Shown: one piece after another, positions 26,868-37,475 of the stretch
Numbering within the stretch: position 1 is the stretch's first letter
How the letters are laid out: every line of letters begins with the position of its first letter
Assembly: GCF_009914755.1 (NCBI RefSeq)
Contig: NC_060938.1
Source of the DNA: the human T2T-CHM13v2.0 reference genome, Homo sapiens
Length of the DNA stretch: 64,000 nt
Strand: one strand, 5' to 3'
Notes under the pieces: generated by a model
Database searches by the model: none
What the model saw: the letters and a program-made list of their open reading frames with translations, nothing else
Told to the model about the DNA's origin: nothing
Position numbers and translations under genes: made by a program

Positions 26868-27330
26868 AGGGGAGGCTGTGTCCCCTTGAGGAAGGACCCC
26901 ACTACATTACCGACAATTTATGTGTGAATCTTTCTCCCATCCTTCCCCAAGGAGGCATGAGGCCTTTTACCAGGGTAACTGTGCAATGGGGAAAGGGAAA
27001 TGATCAGACATTTCAGGGATTACTGGACACTGGCTCTGAGCTGACGCTGATTCCAGGGGACCCAAAATGTCATTGTGGGCCTCCAGTTAAAGTAGGGGCT
27101 TATGGAGGTCAGGTAACTAGTGGAGTTTTAGCTCAGGTCTGACTTACAGTGGGTCCAGTGGGTCCCCAGACTCGTCCTGTGGTCATTTCCCCAGTGCCAG
27201 AATGCATAATTGGCATAGACATACTTAGTAGCTGGCAGAACCCCCACATTGGCTCCCTGACTGGTAGGGTGAGGGCTATTATGGTGGGAAAGGCCAAACG
27301 GAAGCCATTAGTGCTTCTCTACCTAGAAAA
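26868..27330 (+). pseudogene. pro: HERV-L aspartic protease remnant
   Basis: LLDTGSELTLIPG (DTG at 27026-27034) and CIIGIDIL motifs; internal stop and frameshift. Confidence 0.92.
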
Positions 27331-27334
27331 ATAG

Positions 27335-29950
27335 AAAATAAAAAACAACATTGCATCTCTGGAGGGATTGCAGAGACTAGTGCCACCATCAAGGACTTGA
27401 AAGATGCAGGAGTGGTGATTCCCACCACATCCCTGTTCAACATTCCCATTTGGCCTATGTAGAAGACAGATGGATCTTAAAGATGCAGGAGTGGTGATTC
27501 CCACCACATCCCTGTTCAACATTCCCATTTGGCCTATGTAGAAGACAGATGGATCTTTGAGAATGATAGTGGATTATCATAAACTTAACCAAGTGGTGAC
27601 TGCAATTGCAGCTGCTGTACCAGATATGGTTTCATTGATAGAGCAAATTAACACATCTCCTGGTACCTGGTATGTAGCCATTGACTTGGCAAGTGCCTTT
27701 TTCTCCATTCCTGTCCATAAGGCCCACCAGAAGCAGTTTCCCTTTGGCTGGCAAGGCCAGCAATATACCTTTACTGTCCTATCTCAGGGGTATATCAACT
27801 CTCCAGCTTTATGTCATAATCTTATTCAGAGAGACGTTGATCGCTTCTTGCTTTCAAAAGATATCACACTGGTCCATTACATTGGTGACATTATGCTGAT
27901 TGGATCCAGTGAGCAAGAAGTAGCAAACACACTGGACTTATTGGTGAGACATTTGCATGCCAGAGGTGAGAAATAAATCTGACTAAAATTCAGGGACCTT
28001 CTACCTCAGTAGAATTTCTAGAGGTCCAGTGGTTGTGGGGCCTGTCAAAATACTCCTTCTAAGGTAAAGGATAAATTGCTGCTTTTGGCCCCTCCTACAA
28101 CCAAGAAAGAGGCACGCCTAGTGGACCTATTTGTAGGCAACACATTCTTCATTTGGGTGTGTTACTCCGGCCCATTTATCAAGTGACCTGAAAGGCTGCC
28201 AGTTTTGAGTGGGGTCCAGAACAGGAGAAGGCTCTGCAACAGGTCCAGGCTGCTGTCCAAGCTGCTCTGCCACTTGGGCAATATGACCCAGCAGATCCAA
28301 TGGTGCTTGAGGTGTCAGTGGCAGATAGGGATGCTGTTTGGAGCCTTTGTCAGGCTCCCATAGGTGAATCACAGTGGAGGCCTCTAGGAGTTTGGAGTAA
28401 GGCCCTGCCATCTTCTGCAGATAACTACTCTCCTTTTGAGAGACACCTCTTGGCCTGTTACTGGGCTTTGTTGGAAACTGAATGTTTGACTATGGATCAT
28501 CAAGTCACCATTTGACCTGAACTGCCTATCATGAACTGGGTGCTTTCTGACCCATCAAGCCATAAAGTGGGTCATGCACAGCAGCATTCCATCATCAAAT
28601 GGAAGTGGCATATGCCTGATCAGGCTTGACAAGTCCTGAAGGCACAAGTAAGTTACATAAGGAAGTGGCTCAAATGCCCATGGTCTCCACTCCTGCCACT
28701 CTGCCTTCTTTCCCCCAGCCTGCACCAATGGCCTCATGGGGAGTTCCCTATGATCAGTTGACAGAGGAAGAGAAGGCTAGGGCCTGGTGCACAGATGGTT
28801 CTGCATGATATGCAGGCACCACGTGAAAGTGGACAGCTGCAGCACTACAGCCCCTTTCTAGGACATCCCTGAAGAATGGCGATGAAGGGAAATCTCCCTG
28901 GGGGAAGAACTTAGAGCAGTGCACCTGGTTGTGCACTTTGCATAGAAGGAGAAATGGCCAGATGTGCGATTATATACTGTTTCATGGGCTGTAGCCAATG
29001 ATTTGGCTGGATGGTCAGGGACTTGGAAGAAGCATGATTGAAAAATTGGTGACAAAGAGATTTGGGGAAGGGTTATGTGGATGGACCTCTCTGAGTGGTC
29101 AAAAACTGTGAAGACATTTGTGTCCCATGTGAGTGCTCATCAATGGGTGACCTCAGCGGAGTAGGAGTTCAATAATCAAGTGGATAGGATGACCCGTTCT
29201 GTGGACACAACTCAGCCTCTTTCCCCAGCCACCCCTGTCATCACCCAATGGGCCCATGAACAAAGTGGCCATGGTGACAGGGATGGAGGTTATGCATGGG
29301 CTCAGCAACATGGACTTCCACTCACCAAGGCTGACCTGGCTATGGTCACTGCTGAGTGCCCAATTTGCCAGCAGCAGAGACCAACACTGAGCCCTTGATA
29401 TGGCACCATTCCTCGGGGTGATCAGCCAGCTACCTGGTGGCAGGTCGATTATATTGGACCTCTTTCATCATGGAAAGGGCAGAGGTTTGTCCTCACTGGA
29501 ATAGACAATCTGGATATGAGTTTGCCTATCCTGCACTCAGTTCTGCCAATAGTACCATCCGTGGACTTATGGAATGCCTTATCCACCATCATGGTATTCC
29601 ACACAGCATTGCCTCTAACCAACTTTACAGCTAAAGAAGTGTAGCAGTGGGCTCATGCTCATGGAATTCACTAGTCTTACCATGTTCCCATCATCCTGAA
29701 GCAGCTGCATTGATAGAACAGTGGAATGGTCTTTTGAAGTCACAATGACAATGCCAACTAGGTGACAATAACTTGCAGGGCTGGATCAAAGTTCTCCAGA
29801 AGGCCATGTATGCTCTGAATCAGGGTCCAATATATGGTACTGTTTCTCCCATAGCCAGGATTCACGGGTCCAGGAATCAAGAGGTGGAATTGGAAGTGGC
29901 ACCACTCACCATCACCCCTAGTGATCCACTAGCAACATTTTGCTTCCTGT
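27335..29950 (+). pseudogene. pol: HERV-L pol remnant (RT, RNase H, integrase)
   Basis: [31 protein letters not shown] (degenerate YxDD, 27878-27889), TDGSA, HEQSGH...CPIC zinc finger, WQVDYIGP. Confidence 0.94.
27400..27557 (+). repeat. Perfect 79-bp tandem duplication
   Basis: 27400-27478 is identical to 27479-27557. Confidence 0.97.
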
Positions 29951-29959
29951 TCCCACGGC

Positions 29960-30270
29960 ATTACATCCTGCTGGCCTAGAGGTCTTAGTTTCAGAGAGAA
30001 GAACACAGCCACCGGGAGACACAATGATTCCATTAAACTGGAACTGAAGATTGCCACCTGGACACTTTGGGCTTCTCCTACCTTTAAGTCAACAGGCTAA
30101 GAAGGGAGTTACAGTACTGGCTGGGGTGACTAACCTAGATTATCAAGATGAAATCAGTCTACTACTCCACAATGGAGGTAAGGAGGAGTATGCATGGAAT
30201 ACAAAAGATCCCTTAAGGTGTCTCTTAGTATTACCATGCCCTGTTATTAAGGTTGATGGGAAACTATAAC
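29960..30270 (+). pseudogene. dut: HERV-L dUTPase remnant
   Basis: PPGHFGLLLP...KKGVTVLAGVTNLDYQDEI (degenerate motif 3, GVIDxDYxGEI), located after the integrase as in ERV-L. Confidence 0.85.
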
Positions 30271-30400
30271 AGCCCAATTCAGGCAGGACTACAAATGATC
30301 CAGACCCTTCAGGAATGAGGGTTTGGGTCACTCCACCAGGAAAAAAACAAAAACCTGCTGAGGTGCTTGCTGAAGGCAAAGGGAATACAGAATCTGTAGT

Positions 30401-30510
30401 AAGCATCTTTTCATGTGCCTGTTGGCCACTTGTATGTCTTCTTTGGAGAAATGTCTATTCAGGTTTTTTGCACATTTTAAAATCCAGTTATTTGGGGTAT
30501 TTTTGCCATG
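30401..30510 (-). mobile_element. L1M fragment, antisense
   Basis: agcatcttttcatgtgcctgttggccacttgtatgtcttctttggagaaatgtctattcagg. Confidence 0.85.
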
Positions 30511-30519
30511 AAGTTGTAG

Positions 30520-30642
30520 GATTCCACATAGATGAGGTATCTATAATAGTCAAACTCATAGAAGCAGAGAATGCGATAGTGGTTGCCAGGGGCTGGGTGA
30601 GTAGGAGAAATGGGGAGTTGTTCAATGGGTGTAAAGTTTCAG
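30520..30642 (+). mobile_element. L1MA/MB 3' UTR fragment
   Basis: atgaggtatct...tagtcaaactcatagaagcagaga...gtggttgccaggggctgg...taaagtttcag. Confidence 0.85.
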
Positions 30643-30725
30643 GAGTTTAAGCCTGCAGTGAACTGTAATTACACCACTGGACTGCACTGTGGTTGGCAAA
30701 GTGAGACCCTGTCTCTACAAAAAAA
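30640..30725 (+). mobile_element. Old Alu (AluJ/FRAM-like) 3' fragment
   Basis: caggagtttaagcctgcagtgaactg...caccact...agtgagaccctgtctct followed by an A-rich tail. Confidence 0.8.
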
Positions 30726-30754
30726 GAAAGAAGAAAGAAAGGAAGACAGAAAAA

Positions 30755-30802
<48 letters not shown>

Positions 30803-30814
30803 AAAGAAAGAAAA
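30719..30814 (+). repeat. (GAAA)n microsatellite derived from the Alu tail
   Basis: Long run of gaaa units. Confidence 0.95.
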
Positions 30815-32690
30815 CTATAGATTAATATGTCTTATGAACATAGATACAAAAGTTCTCAGCAAAACAACAAAACATAAGCAAATTAAATTGAGCAATATAT
30901 GTGAAGAATTCTATACCATTGCCAAGGGGTGTGTATCCTAGAAATGCAAGGCTGGCTCAACATTCAAAAATTAATATAATTCACCAGATTAATGGATACA
31001 TAAGAAAATCCATGTGATCCTATCAATAGATGAAGAAGCAGCATTTGACAAAATTAAAAAAAATGATTAAAAACTCTCAACAAGCCATAAATAGAAGGGC
31101 ATCAAAAAAATAAATACATTTAAAAAGTCCTTCAGCTAATATGGTATATCTAATGGGAAAAGACTGAATGATTTTCTTTTAAGTTTATTACTAGTGAAGA
31201 TGTCTATTGTCAGCATTCCTACTTAATATTGTATTAGAAGTCCTAGAAAGTGCAATAAGGCAAGAAAAATAAATAAAAGGCACTCAGATAGAAATGGAAG
31301 CATAAAGCTATACTTCAAGATGTGTAAAATCCTAAGTAATCTACAAAAAAGCTCCTAAAACTAATAAGTGAGTTTAGCAAGGTCACAAACTACAAAGTCA
31401 ACATCCAAAAATCAGTTAGTTTTCTATACTCTAGGAAAGAACATGTGGAAACTAAAATTTTTTAAAAGTAACATTTACAATACCTTCAAAAAAGTAAAAT
31501 TTTAGGTATAAATCTAATAAAATATATGCAAGATCTCAACCCATACCTCATACCTTATATAAAAATTCACTCGATATAGATCTAAATACACAATATAGAA
31601 CTATAAAACTGTTAGAAGAAAACATAGGAGAAAATCTTCATGATCTTGGGCTAGTCAAAGAATTCTTAAATACTACACCAAAAGCACAATCCAAGAAAAA
31701 AAGAAAGACAAATTGGACTTTCTCAAAATTAAAAATTTTGTTCTTCAAAGGATATTGCTAAGAAGATAAAAACATAAGCCACAGATTTGGTAAGAATATT
31801 TGCAAATCACATATTTGACGAAGGACTTGTATCCAAAATATAGAAAAAGCTTTCAAAACTCAACAATAAGAAAACAACTGAATAAAAGCTTAGGCAAATG
31901 ATGAGACAATATTTCATCAAAAAGGATATGCAGGTGGGAAATAAGTACATGAAAAGATGCTCAATAACATTAGCCACTAGGGAAATGCAAATGAAAAGCA
32001 CAATTAAGTTGCCACTGCATGCCTATTAGAATGATTAAAAAAGCACTGAAAATAGTCTGCTGACAAGGGTGTGGAACAGTTAGGTTTCTCATGTATTGCT
32101 CATGGGAATGCAAAATGGTACAGCCCTTCTGGCAGTTTCTGAGTTAAAAGTTAAACATAGACCTTGCATATGATCCAGCAATCCCATTTCTAACTATTTA
32201 GCCCAAAGAAATGAAAACCTATTTTTGAAAAGAAACCTCTACATATACACTCAAAATAGCCTTATTCAAAATCACCAAAAACTGGAACCAACCCCAAAAT
32301 ATGTCAATGGATGAGTAATCCATGCAATAGAATACTACTCAGTCATAATAAGTTACAAACTATTAATACATACATCATGAATGAATCTCAAATATATGAC
32401 GGTAATTGAAAGAAACCAGTCTCAAAATGTTGAATACTGTATGATTCTGTTTATATGATACTCTGACATAAGCAAAACTGTAGGTTTAGAGAATAGATCA
32501 GTGGTTGCTAGGGTTGGTGGGTATAGAGCTCTGACTTCTGATGGTCAGTACAAGAACATGCTTTGGGATGTTGAAGTTAAGCTAAATCCACTTGTGGTGG
32601 TGATTACAAATATCTGTGTGTGTGCTGAAACCCATATAACTGTAAACAAGACAAAATGTTACTCTGTGTAACAAAAATATAAATTTAAAA
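30815..32690 (+). mobile_element. L1M (MB/MC-type) ORF2 and 3' UTR with internal deletions
   Basis: gaaatgcaaggctggctcaacattcaaaaa; gaagtcctagaaagtgcaataaggcaagaaaa; gaaaagatgctcaataacattagccactagggaaatgcaaa; tagatcagtggttgc. Confidence 0.9.
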
Positions 32691-32694
32691 TGGC

Positions 32695-33165
32695 AATGAC
32701 CATTTTATTGCTTACAATTTTTTGAGTCAGGAATTTGGCAGGGTTCAGCCAGGTTCAGCTGACCATATGGTGTCAATTCAGCTGGGACTGAAGAATCCAA
32801 GATGGCCTCACTAGTGTGTCTGGGTCTTGATGCTGGCTATTAGCCAAAGGACCTTAGTTCTCCTCCATGTGGCATCTCTTTCTACCTGGTTTACTATCCT
32901 AGGATTTCTCTCTGCATATGTCCTCTCTCTTCAGCAAGACAGCTTAAACTTCTTACATAGCAGTTGGGTTATGAGAGCAAAAGTGGAAGCTATAAGGCCA
33001 CTTAAAGACCTGGTTTTAGAAATTCTAGAATGTTACTTCCATTGCATTATGTTAGTCTTGTCCAGATTAAGGAGAAGAGAAATAGTTTCTACCATTTGCT
33101 GGGAGGTGCAGCAAAATATCATTACATAGGAGTATGGACACAAAGAGACATGATTCATTGGCAGG
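32695..33165 (-). mobile_element. MLT1-family MaLR LTR
   Basis: ccattttattgcttacaatt...gtcaggaatttgg...atccaagatggcctcact...tctcctccatgtggc. Confidence 0.7.
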
Positions 33166-33195
33166 GGGAGGTGGGAGGAGGAGCATAGGGAACAC

Positions 33196-33564
33196 ATTGT
33201 CAGTTCTCACACTGCTATAATGAACTACCTGAGACTGGGTAATTTATGAAGAAAGGAGGTTTAATTGACTCACAGTTCTGCAGGCTGTACAGGAAGCATG
33301 GCTGGGAGGCCCTTCATGGTGAAAGGGCGAAGGGGAAGCAAGCACTTTCTTCACATGGCAGAGTGGGAGAGAGAGAGTGAGTGAAGGGGGAAGCACTACA
33401 CACTTGCAAACAACCAGATCTCCTGGGAACTCTATTATGAGAACAGCAAGGGGGATGTCTGCCCCATCATGATTCAATCATCTCCCACCAGGCCCCTCCT
33501 TCAACACATGGGGATTACAATTTGACATAAGATTTGAGTGGGGACACAGAGCCAAACCATATCA
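33196..33564 (-). mobile_element. MSTA-like MaLR solo LTR
   Basis: cacactgctata...tacctgagactgggtaatttatgaag...gattacaatttga...gggacacagagccaaaccatatca. Confidence 0.9.
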
Positions 33565-34559
33565 ATGAATATTCTAAACAGCAGGAACAGCATGTGCAAA
33601 GACTCCTAAAGAGCTGAAATAAGAGGAGGTGAAAAGAAAGCATGGTGGCTGATGATGAATGAAAAGAAGTTTCAATAGAGATGAGGCTAGGGAAGAACCT
33701 AGAGCAAGATTATGTGGGACATGTAGGCTAATGTTACGGGTTTGATTTTATTCTAAGTGAAAGCCGTTAAAATAATTCAAGCAGGAAAGATCTGATATGA
33801 TCTGTCTTTTCAAATGGTGGTGCTGGCTCCTGTGTAAATTCCTATATTCATTAATTAGTTACCTGAAGAGAAACACTCTATTCGAAGGTACCCAAATGTA
33901 GAATGCATAAAAACACATCCCATTGCAGTTTAAGGTGAAATAATTCACATCACATGTTTTCACACACATTTCATTCAACACATATTTGAGAGACTAACAT
34001 GTGTCAACCACTTTGGTTTAAAAGGCAAATGAATATCATAAATGCTAGCTGTAGTCTTTTTGAAGTCCAGTGAAACCAAAAACAAAGTTTGAATGTCTTG
34101 GGAGGGATGAGATATTTTTTCCCACCCACAAGTCAAGTTTTTAAATCATTTACAACAAATACTCTTGTTTGCTTTTAAGACTGGAACTAAAAGAGCAAGT
34201 CTACCACCTGGCAAGATAGTGACAATCCATGAAGAGTATGTTGTGTAGGGCTGCACCTTTATTTTTAAGCGCACAGATTGGGGAGAGATGGAAGAAGGAT
34301 GACAGAAGAAATGCAGACATATTGAGTTCTCAGCAGAGCAGTGCTATATGACCAGCCATATGTCATCTGTGTAGGTGCAAAAGTATAACTAAATATATGA
34401 AAGGAAAATATGGAATCATGCTTCACAGTGTGTTAGACAAAACACTTTAAGAAATCAAAATCGGCATGATTCACTGAGCATTTATTATGTGCCGAACATT
34501 ATTGTAAACTCTGGGGCATAGAAAAGAAATATTAATATAATGTGATATAGAAACAATGT

Positions 34560-34700
34560 TAGGAAGTAGAGAGTCAGGAGATGGGATTCTGGTCCCATCT
34601 CTGCCATTAACTTGGTGTGGAAAGTAGAGCTAGTTATTTGTCCTCTATGGATCTCTGTTTTCTGATTATGCATATTGCTTCCAGCTATGACATTCCATAA
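34560..34700 (+). mobile_element. MIR SINE
   Basis: gagtcaggagatgggattctggtcccatctctgccattaact...ctctgttttctgat. Confidence 0.6.
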
Positions 34701-35726
34701 GCTCTACTTCCTACCATTGAGTTTACAACCCAGAATTGCTGGAGAACATGACTTAGACAAATGAGGAATCAGATTTCAGTTTGATTCTACCAATGTTTAT
34801 TGAAAATATTTTCATCTGAAAGTCAAAGTTATGTGGAACTTTGCAGTAAGTGGGTGGATCAAAATACTCAGGCTCACTTTCTATCTTTTTATTGACTGAA
34901 CTAAGATGATTGTGTTTTTCATTGCAAATTTAAATTTTGAATTCCACTTTTTTAAAAAAAAATCATATTATGTATAATCTTTTTTTTTGGTGACAGGCTA
35001 GAGAAAAGGATGCTTGGGTGGCAATTGAAATAGAAATCCACTTTCAAATACTATTACCACGTATTTAGGGGGGAATAAACTTCGAAGAAACACTTTGCTT
35101 GTTTAGAACATCATTGTTTGCTAAAAGGTTAATGAAACTCAACTAGAAGTTGAATAAAGAAGAAAATCAATCAATGTCTCCCTTCCCCCATCACCATTAT
35201 CAGCACCTTCAGGATGAAAAATATAGAAGTCCTGTAATTTTGTGCCTGTTGATTCACATTTTCCCAGGACTCTGGTAGACACAACAGGATTTGAGATGAA
35301 GGATATTTCAAATCTATTCCAAAGGTTTTTTCAATGATTGGGGGGTTTCCTGGTTATCTTATTTATATACATACCTGTTTTTACTGTAGCTACTGTGTGC
35401 CTGGTGCTAGCTTTATGTTTGTAAATGTCATTTTCACACCTATGAATAAAGGCATGGAGATAGAATTTACCTAACAACAAATATTTGATTATATTAACTA
35501 TGTTCCTTAACTAGTGTGAGGAACTGGTGAAGTGTAGTGAATATGACAGACATGGTTCTTGACCTTAAGCTTAAGGAGGGGAGATGAAGAGCAAGTGATT
35601 ATGAGTACGATGAGTGTATCAAAAGGCAGAAGCAGAGAGCTAAGGCCTGTTTAGCAAAGGAGCTGACCTGGTACTGTTTATGGTCTGAGGACAATAAGAA
35701 CAGTCATATTCAAGTAGAGACCTGTT

Positions 35727-36470
35727 GTATAGTAAGGAATTTGGTTAAACTTTGGTCCCTGGGAGGTAACCTCTAAGTCTAAAGAATTTTCTGAGTGAGG
35801 GGAATGTCTTTGTTATTCATGGATGCCCTCTCCTTGACCATGACTGAGTTTATGCTAATGAGATGACTTAGAATGGGGACTGGCTACTCTGGAAGGACCA
35901 ATCGTGTGATTAGAGCATTGCGGTTTGATCTGTGTGATGTCAGGCTAACCTGTGGGGAGGGGAGGAGCCTTAGAGATGGAGTTCAATCATGTACTAATAT
36001 CAATCATGTCTATATAATGAAACCCCAATAAGAACTATGGACACCTGGAGCTCAGTTGAACTTCCCGGTTAGTGATGCACATTGATATGCTGGGAGGGTG
36101 ATGTGTCCTGAAGATGTGGAAGCTCTGTATCTGGGACCCTCCCACACCTCACCCCATGTGTCTTTTCATTGTTGGTCCCAATTTGTATCTTTTATATAAA
36201 ACTGTAGTTATAAATATGGTGCTATTCTGAGTTTTGTGAGTTGTTAAAATGAATTACAGTACCAAGGGAGTAGTGAGAACCCCAGAATTTGTAGCCAGTT
36301 AGAAATGCAGGTGGCCTGGGAACCCCAGAGCTTATGGCTGGTGTCTGAGAAGAGGAGAATCTTATGGAGGACTCTGCTTTTAACCTGTGAAATTTGACCT
36401 AACTTTGGGTAGGTAGGTGTTGGAATTGACCTAACTCTGGGTAGATAGGTGTTGGAACTGAATTTCCTAT
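35727..36470. mobile_element. MER21 (A/B-like) LTR
   Basis: tgtctttgttattcatgg...gagtttatgctaatgagatgact...aatgaaacccc...gagaaccccagaatttgtagccagt. Confidence 0.75.
36394..36457 (+). repeat. 32-bp tandem duplication (2 mismatches)
   Basis: ttgacctaact(t/c)tgggtag(g/a)taggtgttggaa, two copies. Confidence 0.93.
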
Positions 36471-36988
36471 TATTCAGTTGGATTGCAGGGATAAGCAAGA
36501 TGGGTATGGTTTCTTCCCTGTCAGAGTGACTAGTCATTGCCTCAATACCTGTACCATTGGGTAAATTTAATTTTTACTTTAAACGAGATTATGTTTAAAT
36601 AGCCTGAGGGAAGAGGGCAAATCACCAAAAGGCAGCTGATTGCATGGGGATAGAGGGGGCTGGGAGTGAATTTTGCCTTGCTGTTAGGAGAATAGATGGC
36701 TGAATGGAGGTGAAACGTTATGAATAGATGGTAGGCATGTGAGAGTCAAATGATTTTTAGCATTAGGTAGTGATCTTGCTGAAGTAGCCCCTACAGAAAC
36801 ATGTGTGTGGATTTTGTGCCTGAATGACGAGGAGCATTGCCCCTCACCTCCCCTCTCCTGACTATACAGGGAACCACACACCAGTTTCACAGCATACTTA
36901 TCCTATGTGACCTCCAGATTGCAACTGGAGAATTCAAGCAGAGAAAGAGATTAAATTGGCTGGACAGGGTAACATTAAACATGAATAA

Positions 36989-37475
<487 letters not shown>

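Larger units (their letters stand above)
24952..30395 (+). mobile_element. HERV-L provirus, defective and 3'-truncated (no 3' LTR)
   Basis: Order LTR-PBS-gag-pro-RT-RNaseH-IN-dUTPase with no env, which is the ERV-L organisation; many stops and frameshifts. Confidence 0.96.

Noticed and set aside
27400-27557. Direct repeats as a possible CRISPR-like array
   Set aside because: Only two adjacent copies, no spacers, eukaryotic ERV context
30315-30650. 111-aa ORF as an env or novel fusion gene
   Set aside because: Chance read-through from the HERV-L 3' end into L1 fragments; ERV-L lacks env and no env motifs are present
30610-30825. Lys/Glu/Arg-rich ORF
   Set aside because: Translation of the (GAAA)n microsatellite
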